Source: Coleofasciculus sp. B1-GNL1-01 (GTDB lineage Bacteria; Cyanobacteriota; Cyanobacteriia; Cyanobacteriales; Coleofasciculaceae). From it: DNA of 64,000 nucleotides. Below are positions 10,409 through 20,973 of this stretch, in pieces. The stretch is taken from assembly GCA_040220235.1 (NCBI GenBank), contig JAVJTO010000017.1; one strand, written 5' to 3'. Under the pieces are notes generated by a model, which saw nothing but the letters and a program-made list of their open reading frames with translations, was not told the DNA's origin and ran no database searches. The position numbers and the translations under genes were made by a program. How positions within the stretch are numbered: position 1 is the first letter of the stretch; each line of letters opens with the position of its first letter.

Positions 10409-11733
10409 CTTTCTACTCAACCACTCAACCCGGGCTTGATGGTGACGCTTTCGCCATTGAAACCATCCAACTCTCTGACGATGCGATTGAACAAGCCGTT
10501 CACCTCGCCCAACCCATTGCTAACGAACAACGCCAATGGCAAACCTATCTCAATGCTTTAGCCCTATTTGGCTTTGAAACATGGTTAGCCGAACGTAGTT
10601 CTGATTTAACCGTAAATCGCGATCTCACGTCTCTGTTCGATTCTGCGACAGCGAATTTGATTGAAGCCGTTTGTCATTTTCAAGTGAATGGGTTTACCCT
10701 CTGTCTAATTGCCCAAGGTAGCCTAACCGATGATCAGATATCTATACCCCGAACTGTTGTCGATATTCCCGAATTTATCCCCCATTTCTACGTCATCGTA
10801 GACGTACAAGAGGAAGAGGAAACCGCCGTGGTGAAAGGGTTTGTCTCCTATCCCCAACTCATCGAACACCGGGATACTCTAGGCTTAACCCCTGAGGAGG
10901 ATTGGACTTATTCATTCCCCCTCGATTGCTTCGACACCGAACCCAGTCACCTCCTGTTAGAATTACGCTGTTTAACCCCCAGCGCCATTCCCCTCCCCCC
11001 GATTCCCAGTGATCGCCGCCTACAACTTGCCCAGACGCGATCGCAACTGGAAACCAAACTCCCCCAACTCCAGTCTCCGGCGTCTCAACTCTGGCACCAT
11101 TTAACCTGGGAACAAGCCACCCTCGTACTTACCCGTCCGGAATTACGTACCTGGCTGTATCAACTGCAAACCGATCCCCAAAGCCAACCCACCCTCCAGA
11201 ACTACCTGTCTGATGTACTCAGCCGCATTACCCGAAACGTAATTAATGTGGGACGTTGGTTACAGGATGAATTAGACGAACTCGCCCAAGAACTCTCCTG
11301 GCAACTTCTGCCTAGTTTAACCCCCGCTACCGCCATGCGCCGATCAGCCACTGAAGAATTGGATGCGATCGTGCAACAACTGGAGTACAATAACGTCGAA
11401 ATTCCGCCTCAAGCCAAGGGCGCGTATCGTAATCTCCAAGTAGCAGACATCCCCCTGCGCTTGTATGCGATAACGTGGCCCCTCTTATCTGCAACCGTCC
11501 CCGAATGGGCGTTACTGATCATTTTAGGCACAGAGTCTCCAACAGGTTTCCCAGAGGGTCTAACATTAGAGATTAGTGACCAAACAGAGATTTTAGTCGA
11601 ACAAGAGTTAGATGCCAATAGTTCCTATTTCTTCACCAGTGTAGTGGGAACGTGGCAAGAGACGTTTGGCGTCACGATTCGTTTAGGATCGGATATTGAA
11701 CACATCCTGCCTCCCTTTGGCTTCAATCTCTAG
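10405..11733 (+). CDS. DUF1822 family protein
   Basis: WQTYLNALAL..WL N-terminus, PEFIPHFYVIVDV, internal INVGRWLQ motif typical of DUF1822/PatU-like proteins. Confidence 0.75.
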   Translation: MTFYSTTQPGLDGDAFAIETIQLSDDAIEQAVHLAQPIANEQRQWQTYLNALALFGFETWLAERSSDLTVNRDLTSLFDSATANLIEAVCHFQVNGFTLCLIAQGSLTDDQISIPRTVVDIPEFIPHFYVIVDVQEEEETAVVKGFVSYPQLIEHRDTLGLTPEEDWTYSFPLDCFDTEPSHLLLELRCLTPSAIPLPPIPSDRRLQLAQTRSQLETKLPQLQSPASQLWHHLTWEQATLVLTRPELRTWLYQLQTDPQSQPTLQNYLSDVLSRITRNVINVGRWLQDELDELAQELSWQLLPSLTPATAMRRSATEELDAIVQQLEYNNVEIPPQAKGAYRNLQVADIPLRLYAITWPLLSATVPEWALLIILGTESPTGFPEGLTLEISDQTEILVEQELDANSSYFFTSVVGTWQETFGVTIRLGSDIEHILPPFGFNL

Positions 11734-12019
11734 AATTAGGCATAATGGAATAAGCTAGTCCGCGCAGGCGGACTTTGTTTGTGTAGCTGCGACTTCTAGT
11801 CGCCAGGGCTTCTAGTCGCCAGGGCAAAAAAGAGGTTTCTATTAAAATAGAATATAAAACTCTTATGTAGTCGTCTTTAAACGACTTAAGCTTTTGGTTC
11901 CTTGGGTTTTAACCCTAGGCGGTTGGTGAGACTGTAGCTTGAAATTTTGCTTCTGCTTCTGCCTTCTGCTTTTTTATGGTGTCATCTGCTCGATCCTGAT
12001 AAACTACGATTTTAGCCTC

Positions 12020-12937
12020 ATGACCTATTTATCCTTACCCCACCGACTTCACTCTCTCAGCTTGGCGACAGCGACGCTGCTGTTAACATTCCTCTCGCCG
12101 ATTTCCCTATCGCCTAATCTATCGCTATCTCTATCAACCCAGGTACAAGCCCAAACCTCTCAAGATCAAGTCAGTCAAGCCCAACAGTTGCTAGATGAAG
12201 GAATTAATCTGTATCAGCAAGGTCAAATGCAGGAGGCGTTGAATCGACTAGAGGAAGCATCCAACCTATTTAAGCAAGTCGAAGCCCCCGTAGAAGAAAC
12301 CATAGCCCTGACCCAAATTGGTCTAATTTATGAGCATCGTCAACAGTATGATGATGCACTAAACGCTTACGAACAAGCCTTAAGCCTAGCCAAAACCTTC
12401 GATGATCCGTACCAAGAAGCGATTATCCTCGATTACATGGGTTCAGTCTATTCAAGTCTAGAACAATATTCTCAGGCACTGGATCTGCACCAAAAGTCAC
12501 TGGCACTTTTCCGAGAAGTGGATAATCGCCGCAGTGAAGGCATTGTATTGGGTAATATTGGCAAACTTTATTTCGCTCAAGATCAAAATGAGCAAGCGAT
12601 CGATTTCCTTCAAGAAGCGCTCAGTATTTATCAAGACTTGAACGAAAATATCTTAGAAGGAGAGGTTCTGTATTACTTGGGATTATCCCATCAAAACTTA
12701 AAAGAATATGCCCCAGCTTTAGACTTTCACCAGCAAGCTTTAGACATTTTCAACGCTGAGAATATCCCTGAGTTACAAGCTCTAGCTTTATACAATATGG
12801 GGATAATCTACAGTCAACAAGGCAAAGAAAAAATGGCGCAATCGTCTTATCAAAATGCCTTGGCGATTTTTGAAGAATTAGGAAATGAGCAAGGGATTGC
12901 CGCTATTCGTTATCAAATGGAAACGCTTGAACAATAA
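12020..12937 (+). CDS. Exported tetratricopeptide-repeat protein
   Basis: Signal-peptide-like N-terminus (..TQVQAQ) and about 6 TPR units. Confidence 0.85.
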   Translation: MTYLSLPHRLHSLSLATATLLLTFLSPISLSPNLSLSLSTQVQAQTSQDQVSQAQQLLDEGINLYQQGQMQEALNRLEEASNLFKQVEAPVEETIALTQIGLIYEHRQQYDDALNAYEQALSLAKTFDDPYQEAIILDYMGSVYSSLEQYSQALDLHQKSLALFREVDNRRSEGIVLGNIGKLYFAQDQNEQAIDFLQEALSIYQDLNENILEGEVLYYLGLSHQNLKEYAPALDFHQQALDIFNAENIPELQALALYNMGIIYSQQGKEKMAQSSYQNALAIFEELGNEQGIAAIRYQMETLEQ

Positions 12938-13007
12938 TTGAGGGTGACAAGCCTTTCAATTGGTGAGGAACTGTCCCCAACTATAAGTCCCGAATGACTA
13001 ATGACCC

Positions 13008-13238
13008 ATGAGAAATGACAACGAACAGATTTCTAAAACAGAAGCCAAGCAACTGCTAGAACGTTTAGTGTTTGACGATGAACGTCCTCAAGACTGGGTA
13101 CAGGATGTTTGGGGATTGAGTCCAACTTTAGGAGAAAGTGGTGCAAAATTGCTGGAGGTATTTGAAGCATTGATTGAATGTTGCCCTGACGAGAAATTGG
13201 AAAATTTAATCCAAATTTATTATCAAGACAAGTTTTAA
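13008..13238 (+). CDS. Small acidic hypothetical protein
   Basis: 76-aa ATG-started ORF with protein-like composition in an intergenic gap. Confidence 0.6.
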   Translation: MRNDNEQISKTEAKQLLERLVFDDERPQDWVQDVWGLSPTLGESGAKLLEVFEALIECCPDEKLENLIQIYYQDKF

Positions 13239-13364
13239 CGGGAATAGGGAATAGGGAATAGGGAACAGAGAGTTCATCGAAAAGCTGGGGGAGAAGTTCC
13301 CTCCCCTTGACAAGGGGAGGGTTAGGGAGGGGTCAAATGTTTTCCAGGAAAACAGCCTATTTAG

Positions 13365-13781
13365 TTAACGTTTACTCCTGGAAAGCAATCTTGACACATC
13401 AGCATGCATCAGGGCAATATTGGGATCACGTTGAATTGCTTGATAGTAACGTTGCTCTCGATTTGTCCCCGCTTCATCCGGAGAAACCAGAGAACGGGCT
13501 TCGTCTAAAAGTTCATTTGCCTGATGCAACGTTATTGGTTCTTTGGCACTCAACGCTTCATCAATCTGAACAATAAATTGAGAGAAAGGGCGTAACCAAC
13601 TAAACCATTCATCTTGGACAACCAGTTGGAAAAACTCTCCTTTTGAACGAATACGCCCATGAAACCGTTCATACTGATCGCGTTCCGAGTGGAGAAGGGC
13701 TTTATGCAGTTGCAGCAGCGCCCCACGCACATCGCGCAGGCGTTGAAAGGGTAGGTTTCCGGGAGAATAGGTAAATGACAT
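13365..13781 (-). CDS. Conserved hypothetical protein
   Basis: 138-aa helical ORF (LLQLHKALL...FSWLRPFSQFIVQIDE). Confidence 0.7.
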   Translation of the reverse strand: MSFTYSPGNLPFQRLRDVRGALLQLHKALLHSERDQYERFHGRIRSKGEFFQLVVQDEWFSWLRPFSQFIVQIDEALSAKEPITLHQANELLDEARSLVSPDEAGTNREQRYYQAIQRDPNIALMHADVSRLLSRSKR

Positions 13782-13891
13782 GAACCAGGATTGCGATCGC
13801 GACTTTCTTTATCTTAGATTGAGTTTAACATTGGTGTAGTGTGCCGTTGGCGATCGCGCTTGAGAGCTAAGTTAATCATAAACACGTTATT

Positions 13892-15016
13892 ATGGATAAT
13901 AGTACGTCTAATTTTATCACCCTATTTTTGTGTGGTGATGTGATGACGGGAAGAGGGATTGATCAGGTGCTACCTCACTCTAGTAACCCCGTTCTCCACG
14001 AATCCTACATCAAAGATGCCAGAGACTATGTAACCCTGGCTGAGAACACGAATGGTATTATTGAAAAACCTGTTAACTTCGCTTACATCTGGGGCGATGC
14101 ACTTGAGGAATTCGAGCGAGTATCCCCCGATTTAAGACTGATTAATTTGGAAACCAGTATCACCAAGAGTGACGAGTATTGGCAGGATAAACTCATCCAT
14201 TATAGAATGCAGCCCGATAATAGTCCTTGCTTAACAGCCGCCCATATTGATTATTGTTCTCTGGCAAATAACCATGTTATTGATTGGGGATATGCAGGGT
14301 TACAAGAAACATTAGACACCTTAACTAAACTGAACATAAAAAGTGCGGGAGCAGGACACAATCTTAAAGCAGCCGCAGCACCCACCGTGATGGAAATTGA
14401 AGGAAAAGGTAGAGTCATTGTGTTTTCCTGGGGTTTCAAAACCAGCGGGATTCCCCGGAGTTGGGCAGCTACTGATGATAAGCCTGGTGTTAATCGATTA
14501 ACAGATGTTTCTGATCGCACTATCCTTGAGATTAAAGAAAACATTCGATACGTAAAACGACCCAGAGATATTGTCGTGGCGTCGATTCACTGGGGAGGAA
14601 ATTGGGGCTATCAGGTTCCTGGTGAACAACGAGCATTTGCCCATAAACTGATTGATCAAGCTGGTGTTGATATCATTCACGGACATTCGTCCCATCATGT
14701 CAAAGGAATAGAAGTTTATCGGGAAAAACTGATTCTTTATGGATGTGGTGATTTACTCACTGATTATGAAGGAATCAGCGGTTATGAACAGTATCGAGAT
14801 GATTTAAACTTAATGTACTTCGTGACTGTGAATCCAGCCACAGGACAGCTAATTAATCTGCAAATGACACCGACTCAGATCAAAAATATGCGATTAAATC
14901 GAGCTTCAGCAACAGATACACTATGGCTAAGAGATGTCTTGAATCGGGAAGGAAAAAAGTTTCGCGATCGCGCAACATTGAACCCCGATAATACCTTAAC
15001 ACTCCACTGGGAATAA
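13892..15016 (+). CDS. CapA/PgsA-family metallophosphoesterase (poly-gamma-glutamate synthesis-type)
   Basis: GDVMTGR, NLET, LANNH, SIHWG, GHSSHH, YGCGD motifs. Confidence 0.9.
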   Translation: MDNSTSNFITLFLCGDVMTGRGIDQVLPHSSNPVLHESYIKDARDYVTLAENTNGIIEKPVNFAYIWGDALEEFERVSPDLRLINLETSITKSDEYWQDKLIHYRMQPDNSPCLTAAHIDYCSLANNHVIDWGYAGLQETLDTLTKLNIKSAGAGHNLKAAAAPTVMEIEGKGRVIVFSWGFKTSGIPRSWAATDDKPGVNRLTDVSDRTILEIKENIRYVKRPRDIVVASIHWGGNWGYQVPGEQRAFAHKLIDQAGVDIIHGHSSHHVKGIEVYREKLILYGCGDLLTDYEGISGYEQYRDDLNLMYFVTVNPATGQLINLQMTPTQIKNMRLNRASATDTLWLRDVLNREGKKFRDRATLNPDNTLTLHWE

Positions 15017-15020
15017 TTCA

Positions 15021-15155
15021 CAAATGACGTAGCTTGCTTCTCGTAAAAGCGAGTATGATAAATGACATAAGACAAATGACGTAGCTTGCTTCTCAAGGGT
15101 AGCGAGTATGACGAATGACGAATGACGAATGACAAATGACAAATGACAAATGACG
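15021..15155 (+). repeat. STRR heptamer tract (AAATGAC/GAATGAC) with GACGTAGCTTGCTTCTC..GCGAGTATGA units
   Basis: Tandem heptamers. The unit recurs at ~44860, ~53160-53230 and ~57540-57595; the heptamers also at ~51200-51245. Confidence 0.9.
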
Positions 15156-17870
15156 ATCTCCACCGATTCCAGCTTTGCTGATACCCAAACCCATTGGGCA
15201 AAAGACTCAATTCACCAGCTTTTTACCCGCCAAATTATCAGTGGTTATCCGGATGGTAGCTTTCGCCCCAATAACTCCGTTACCCGGGCTGAATTTGCGG
15301 CGATTTTAAATAAAGCTTTTCCCCAGGCTACCCCGGTGCGCGATGCCATCAACTTTCGCGATGTACCCGCCAATCACTGGGCAAATTCCGCGATTCAAAC
15401 GGTTACCCGTGCTGGATTTTTCTCCGGTTATCCGAATGGAACCTTTCGCCCCAATCAACCCATTCCCCGTGTACAAGCGCTGGTAGCATTAGTCAGTGGG
15501 TTACAGTATGACCGTGATCCAAATCCTAACCCAATTCTCCAGCAATACTATGATGATGCAGCAACTATTCCCAATTATGCACGGGGCGCGATCGCAACCG
15601 CAACCGATAAGTTTTTAGTCGTTAACTATCCAGATGTCAGACGCCTACACCCAAATCGCAACGCCACACGAGGCGAAGTGGCTGCACTGATTAGTCGGGC
15701 GTTAAACCTTCCTGGCGTTCCCCGACAGTATGTTCCCGGTTGGGATATTATCGCCATTGAACCGTTATTCGATGCAGCAGATTCTTTTGTGCAAGGACGG
15801 GCGAGGGTCAAACTAGGCGATAAATGGGGATATATTGATAAAACTGGCACCTTTATTGTTGATCCGCAACTGTATGAAGCCGAACCGTTTTCTGAAGGAA
15901 TTGCATTAGTACGATTGCAGCAAAATGGCGTTGACTTAAGCTGGGTTCGTAGTAGGCACTTTAGTGCCAGAAGCGCTAAAGCGCTGACGACAAACGCCCG
16001 AAATCAATTATCCCCACCCGAAATCCGAGGCGTTTGGCTAACGACTACCGATAGCCAAGTCTTTAATTCCCAAAAAAACATAGCTGAGGCGATGGATTTC
16101 CTCGCCGAAACCGGATTTAATGTCGTTTTTCCGGTGGTTTGGAAGAATGGGGCGACGCTTTATCCCAGTCGCCTAATGCGAGATACAGTGGGACTAGAAA
16201 TTGATCCCCGTTTTACTGGACGAGATCCCCTCGCTGAACTGATTCAAGCGGCGAAGAACGTAGGATTAGCGGTAATTCCGTGGTTTGAATATGGTTTTGC
16301 CAGTTCCTATAATCAAAAAGGTGGACGCATACTTGCCCAAAAACCCGATTGGGCGGCGCGGGATCGTCAAGGGAATTTACTCACCAAAAATAACTTTGAA
16401 TGGCTGAATGCATTTGACCCCCAGGTGCAGGATTTTATCATCGGACTTATCCTAGAAGTTATTAGAAATTACGATATTGCCGGAATTCAGGGGGATGATC
16501 GTTTACCCGCCCTGCCATCTGAAGGGGGGTATGATCAGCAAACGGTACAACGCTATGTGCAGCAGTTCAACCAAGAACCGCCTAAAAACCCAAAAGACGC
16601 CCAATGGTTACAATGGCGGGCAGATTTGCTAACGGATTTCCTGACTCGTCTATACCGACAGGTAGTGACGATTAATCCAAACCTGATAATTTCTATCGCA
16701 CCTAGTCCCTATCCTTGGGGATTCCAGGAATATTTACAGGATAACCAAGCGTGGGCGGATCAGGGATTAATAGATATGATGCATCCTCAATTCTATCGTC
16801 GGGATTTTGCTAGTTATCAACAGCTTGTTGATCGGTTGGTGAATGACCAATTAAGCCCGGTACAATTGTCTACAGTGATACCCGGAATCCTGATTAAAAG
16901 CGGGTCGTATCGCATCAGTTCCCAGGATTTAGTCCAAGCAATTGAGTACAATCGCGATCGCGGGTTAGCCGGGGAGGTGTTATTTTTCTACGAGGGCTTG
17001 CGCCAGGATAATGATACCTTAGCCAACGCCTTGCGATCGCACGTCTATGCCCAATCGGTTCCTTTTAATATTGCACAAGTGAAGGCACAAGGGTTTACCC
17101 ATCGTCGGGTTGGGGCTGAATATCGTTATATTGACCGCTTTGGGAATCTCGTTACTCAGCCTGAATTTGATTGGCTGGATTCATTTCAGGAGGAACGGGC
17201 GCGAGTGCGAATGGGGTACAAGTGGGGCTATATTGACAAAACCGGACACCTGATCACTCGTTTAGACTTTGATCAGGCGGATCAGTTTGCCGAAGGATTA
17301 GCGCGAGTGAAAATTGGTAGTCGGTATGGGTATATCGATTTATCCGGTCAATCCGTAATTTCTCCCCAGTTTGATCAGGCGACTCGGTTCAGTGAAGGGT
17401 TAGCGGCGGTGAAGGTTGGAGATGAATGGGGTTATATCGATAAAATTGGTCAATGGGTCATTCCGACTCAGTTTGATCAGGCGGAGTTGTTCTCCGAAGG
17501 ATTAGCAGGGGTACAACTGGCAGGTAAATACGGATATTGTGATCAAACGGGTCAACTGGTGATTCCCGCCAACTTTGACGCGGCGGGGTCATTTGCCCAA
17601 GAACTTGCCCCTGTGCAATTGCGCGATCGCTGGGGCTATATTAACTCTACTGGAGAATTGGTTATTGAGCCACAATTTGATGCGGCGCAACCCTTTTCCC
17701 AGGAATTAGCCGCCGTCAAAATTGGATCGTTTTGGGGGTATATCAATAAAAAGGGCGATCCAGTCATTTCACCAGAATTTGATCAAGTCAGGTCTTTTAG
17801 TGATGGATTAGCCCCCATTCAGATGGGTAAACGGTGGGGGTATATTCGCAATCTCTTTGAAAAATCGTAG
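15150..17870 (+). CDS. S-layer homology (SLH) + WG-repeat + GHL10/DUF187 glycoside hydrolase-like protein
   Basis: Three SLH repeats (GYPDGSFRPNNSVTRAE), EIRGVWL...IQGDD GHL10 core, multiple WG repeats (FSEGLAAVK..WGYID). Confidence 0.88.
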   Translation: MTISTDSSFADTQTHWAKDSIHQLFTRQIISGYPDGSFRPNNSVTRAEFAAILNKAFPQATPVRDAINFRDVPANHWANSAIQTVTRAGFFSGYPNGTFRPNQPIPRVQALVALVSGLQYDRDPNPNPILQQYYDDAATIPNYARGAIATATDKFLVVNYPDVRRLHPNRNATRGEVAALISRALNLPGVPRQYVPGWDIIAIEPLFDAADSFVQGRARVKLGDKWGYIDKTGTFIVDPQLYEAEPFSEGIALVRLQQNGVDLSWVRSRHFSARSAKALTTNARNQLSPPEIRGVWLTTTDSQVFNSQKNIAEAMDFLAETGFNVVFPVVWKNGATLYPSRLMRDTVGLEIDPRFTGRDPLAELIQAAKNVGLAVIPWFEYGFASSYNQKGGRILAQKPDWAARDRQGNLLTKNNFEWLNAFDPQVQDFIIGLILEVIRNYDIAGIQGDDRLPALPSEGGYDQQTVQRYVQQFNQEPPKNPKDAQWLQWRADLLTDFLTRLYRQVVTINPNLIISIAPSPYPWGFQEYLQDNQAWADQGLIDMMHPQFYRRDFASYQQLVDRLVNDQLSPVQLSTVIPGILIKSGSYRISSQDLVQAIEYNRDRGLAGEVLFFYEGLRQDNDTLANALRSHVYAQSVPFNIAQVKAQGFTHRRVGAEYRYIDRFGNLVTQPEFDWLDSFQEERARVRMGYKWGYIDKTGHLITRLDFDQADQFAEGLARVKIGSRYGYIDLSGQSVISPQFDQATRFSEGLAAVKVGDEWGYIDKIGQWVIPTQFDQAELFSEGLAGVQLAGKYGYCDQTGQLVIPANFDAAGSFAQELAPVQLRDRWGYINSTGELVIEPQFDAAQPFSQELAAVKIGSFWGYINKKGDPVISPEFDQVRSFSDGLAPIQMGKRWGYIRNLFEKS

Positions 17871-18018
17871 GGGCGCACCGACGTGCGCCCGTGTCAACTT
17901 AAGCGGAAAACCCAAGCAATACCTTAACTCTACCCCCCTCGTTCCCCCCTACAAGAGGGGGGATGACAAAGGATGCTTCGCTTTTGTTGCACGGGGATTA
18001 AGGGGGGTTAAGATCGAC

Positions 18019-18213
18019 TTAATCGGCTGGTGTTAAAACTTTCTGTGACAAAATGTCATTTAAGGGATTTACAAAAGAAAACTCTTTGTGAAAAGGGTTT
18101 CTATTACTAGCTTTAACAGGCATATCTTGGCGACAACGAGAGCAAAACCAATAAATACGCTTGTCACGAACGTGAGCTAGTAAGTGAGATGAACAACAAG
18201 GACAATTATTCAT
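18019..18213 (-). CDS. Small Zn-ribbon protein (CPCC...CSRC)
   Basis: MNNCPCCS..LL.H....IYWFCSRCRQDMP pattern. Confidence 0.7.
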   Translation of the reverse strand: MNNCPCCSSHLLAHVRDKRIYWFCSRCRQDMPVKASNRNPFHKEFSFVNPLNDILSQKVLTPAD

Positions 18214-18617
18214 GGTTATTTCTCCACCCGACATTGATCAGCTTACTTATTGAATGTAAAAATTTTGGGGAAGAATCGGAAAAAAATTTAATTTAATGTT
18301 TACCTGCCAATAGGCAGATGTCAACCTAAACTTAATTGTATATGATAGTAAGTTTAGATAACAAAAAATTAATCATATTTGATGTTACATGACGTAATTT
18401 GTCTTTTCTTTGAGTATCATAGACTATCATACGCCAGCTTAATCGCTCAATTGAGCCGGATTGACGTAAGCTGCTTTGTTCAGCACTTATCATTGATTGT
18501 TCAAAACCCATGAACCATGCACCAGGAACCATGAACCATGAACGATTAACACAAAAACCCACGTCTTTGAAGCGTGGGATCTGAATAATTTACACTTCTT
18601 AAACTCGATCACTCCGA

Positions 18618-18821
18618 TCACTCAGTTGTGATTAAAATCCGTTGCGATAACAACGGATCTAGAGTCTTGGTAACAGGCGACGCTGGAGACGGATTAGTTT
18701 TCGCGGCATTAGTAGCCGGAACAACAGATATCTCCTGACTATCGTGATTACCAAACCAATGATTTGGGGTATGGCGAATACGAGGCAGAAGTTGAGCAGA
18801 ATAACAAGGATAGTTGTTCAT
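18618..18821 (-). CDS. Cys-depleted paralogue of the adjacent small Zn-ribbon protein
   Basis: MNNYPCYSAQLL..I....NHWF....QEISV aligns with the 18019..18213 product. Confidence 0.5.
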   Translation of the reverse strand: MNNYPCYSAQLLPRIRHTPNHWFGNHDSQEISVVPATNAAKTNPSPASPVTKTLDPLLSQRILITTE

Positions 18822-18851
18822 AATCAATGAATGCACCCAACACCTAACACC

Positions 18852-19295
18852 TTACATCACTTCTACTCGACCGTCATCTTGCAGATAAACAGCGCGAACC
18901 CCTGGAGAACGACCACTGGGCAATACTTCAATGCGTAAGACTCGGGCTTCAGGTTTGCGGATATTCACATTTAAGGGTAATCCTTGGGTATCCCAAAGCA
19001 CCGCTGAGAAATTCGGGTTAGTATTACCGCCTCGGACAAAAGAGAGAACCTGTCCGGGACTCACAGGTAAAGGGTCTGTAACATCGACCTGTTGAAGTTT
19101 GATCACACTAGAGGTTAAATTCGCTACCTCAACAGTAATCCGTTGACCCGGTACAAATTTTACGGATTCCTGTCTGCAACTGCTAGCAGCCACACAGGTT
19201 TGCGCTTGTGCCGGATGAAAATCAGCCGTTGATGGTATTGCCAGCGTCGTGGCGACTAAAAGCACTATTGGCAATTGTTGGGAAAGTGGATTCAT
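18852..19295 (-). CDS. Exported hypothetical protein
   Basis: Signal peptide ending AQA, Cys pair, beta-rich body. Confidence 0.7.
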   Translation of the reverse strand: MNPLSQQLPIVLLVATTLAIPSTADFHPAQAQTCVAASSCRQESVKFVPGQRITVEVANLTSSVIKLQQVDVTDPLPVSPGQVLSFVRGGNTNPNFSAVLWDTQGLPLNVNIRKPEARVLRIEVLPSGRSPGVRAVYLQDDGRVEVM

Positions 19296-19330
19296 CTTAT
19301 GTTATTTGTCCTTCGTCTTATGTGATTTGT

Positions 19331-19436
19331 TAAGCTGTTTGGCATTGAAACCTTAATGTCAATAAGGACGAAATCCTTTTTGTAGTGTGAGCATCTTGCT
19401 CGCTACCCATTTCTAATTTAAATGTGTGACAGCTTA
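19331..19436. mobile_element. ~105-bp MITE, copy 1
   Basis: TIRs TAAGCTGT...ACAGCTTA, internal palindrome GTAGTGTGAGCATCTTGCTCGCTAC; close copy at 26174-26276. Confidence 0.75.
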
Positions 19437-19548
19437 AGAAAATTAATTTTATGATTTAGACGTAGGGTGGGCAAAATTTATAACGTTTAAAACCCTGATA
19501 GTATCATTGCTTATTTTTGCCCACCACAGAATCACTTGTTATTGATTA

Positions 19549-20772
19549 TCAGTGCGGCAAACTCTCAGGAAAACGCCAACTATTCCGAATCGATTCAAAA
19601 TCAGCATCAGTTTTCGCTTGTTCGCGGAAATTGGGATTAATCTCAATTGCCTGTTTTAGACTGTCAATCGCTAGATCAGCGTAACCTTGCAGCGCACGAC
19701 AACAGGCTCTATTATACCAAGTATCAGCCAAGTTCGGTTTGAGTTGCAGGGCGTGGTCGTAGGCAGTAATCGCCTCTGTATACTGTTGTGAGTGATAAAA
19801 TGAGTTACCTAGAGAATTCCAAGCCTGATAAAAGTCTGGTTTAATTTTAATGGCTTTCTGGTAGGAAGTAATTGCCTCTTTGAATTGATGCAACTCTGCC
19901 AAGCAAAGTCCTCTATTATACCACAATTGATATAAATTGGGATTGATATGAATAGCTTTATCGTAAGCCGCGATCGCGTGATCATATTGCTGCTTTTCTA
20001 TAAATTTATTTCCTTGGTTAAACCAGTGTAAATCGCTAGCATTTTGGGTTTGATTTCCCTTTTGTTTCATCAACCAGAGAAAGCCAAGAAATCCGACAAT
20101 TAATGCCAACTTCGTCGCGGGTTGAGTAAACAGGACACTCCCTAACTGAATCGCTTCTGGAGGAATCTTGAGAAGTAAAGCAATTTGATAAATGAACAGA
20201 AAAAGTTCTCGACTTGCGGCAGGTACAAACCATAACACGCCAAAAATAAACCAAAAACTATATCGACCTAATTTACTCAGTCGTTGCTGAAGCGATGGCG
20301 GTAACCAAGGGCGAATAATTCCATACCCATCCAGCGGGGGAATAGGCAATAAATTGATAACAACGGCAAAAATTTGTAGGAAAATGAGAAAAGCTAAACT
20401 TTGTCCTAACCAATCATCAGGTGATACCGTAACCCAATCCAACCAAAACGGAATCGCCAACGCCACCGTCACCACTGCATTAGCAAACGGACCAGCCGCC
20501 GAGACTGCACTATCCCATCTGCGATCGCGTAATTTACTATGGTCAATATAAACCGCCCCACCGGGAAGGGCAATTCCCCCCATGACCAAGAATATCATCG
20601 GCATGAGTAGACTCAAACCTGGGTCAGTATAGTTGAGGGGATTAAGCGTCAAATAGCCTTTATCCTTAACCGAGGTATCGCCACCGAAGTAGGCGACAAC
20701 AGCATGACCAAACTCGTGCAAGCACAAGGATACCATCCAGCCGCCAAAAACAAACAATCCCGCCAACCACAT
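19549..20772 (-). CDS. Site-2 protease (M50) with C-terminal TPR domain
   Basis: HEFGH zinc motif, NLLPIPPLDG, C-terminal TPR units. Confidence 0.92.
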   Translation of the reverse strand: MWLAGLFVFGGWMVSLCLHEFGHAVVAYFGGDTSVKDKGYLTLNPLNYTDPGLSLLMPMIFLVMGGIALPGGAVYIDHSKLRDRRWDSAVSAAGPFANAVVTVALAIPFWLDWVTVSPDDWLGQSLAFLIFLQIFAVVINLLPIPPLDGYGIIRPWLPPSLQQRLSKLGRYSFWFIFGVLWFVPAASRELFLFIYQIALLLKIPPEAIQLGSVLFTQPATKLALIVGFLGFLWLMKQKGNQTQNASDLHWFNQGNKFIEKQQYDHAIAAYDKAIHINPNLYQLWYNRGLCLAELHQFKEAITSYQKAIKIKPDFYQAWNSLGNSFYHSQQYTEAITAYDHALQLKPNLADTWYNRACCRALQGYADLAIDSLKQAIEINPNFREQAKTDADFESIRNSWRFPESLPH

Positions 20773-20973
20773 TACCGCTTACTCCCAAGCGAAAGGAATA
20801 TCTCTAGTTTGGCAAATTTTGCGCGATTGTGTAATATCCTTGACTGTTCCCTGTTCCCTCGCCTCACCCCAATACTTATTCATCAACCTTATACTGATTG
20901 TTGAAAATTGTGGCGGTGAGAGAGTGTAATCGCCTTTTTTCATTTCATTCACACTCACCCAAAATTGCTAAGT

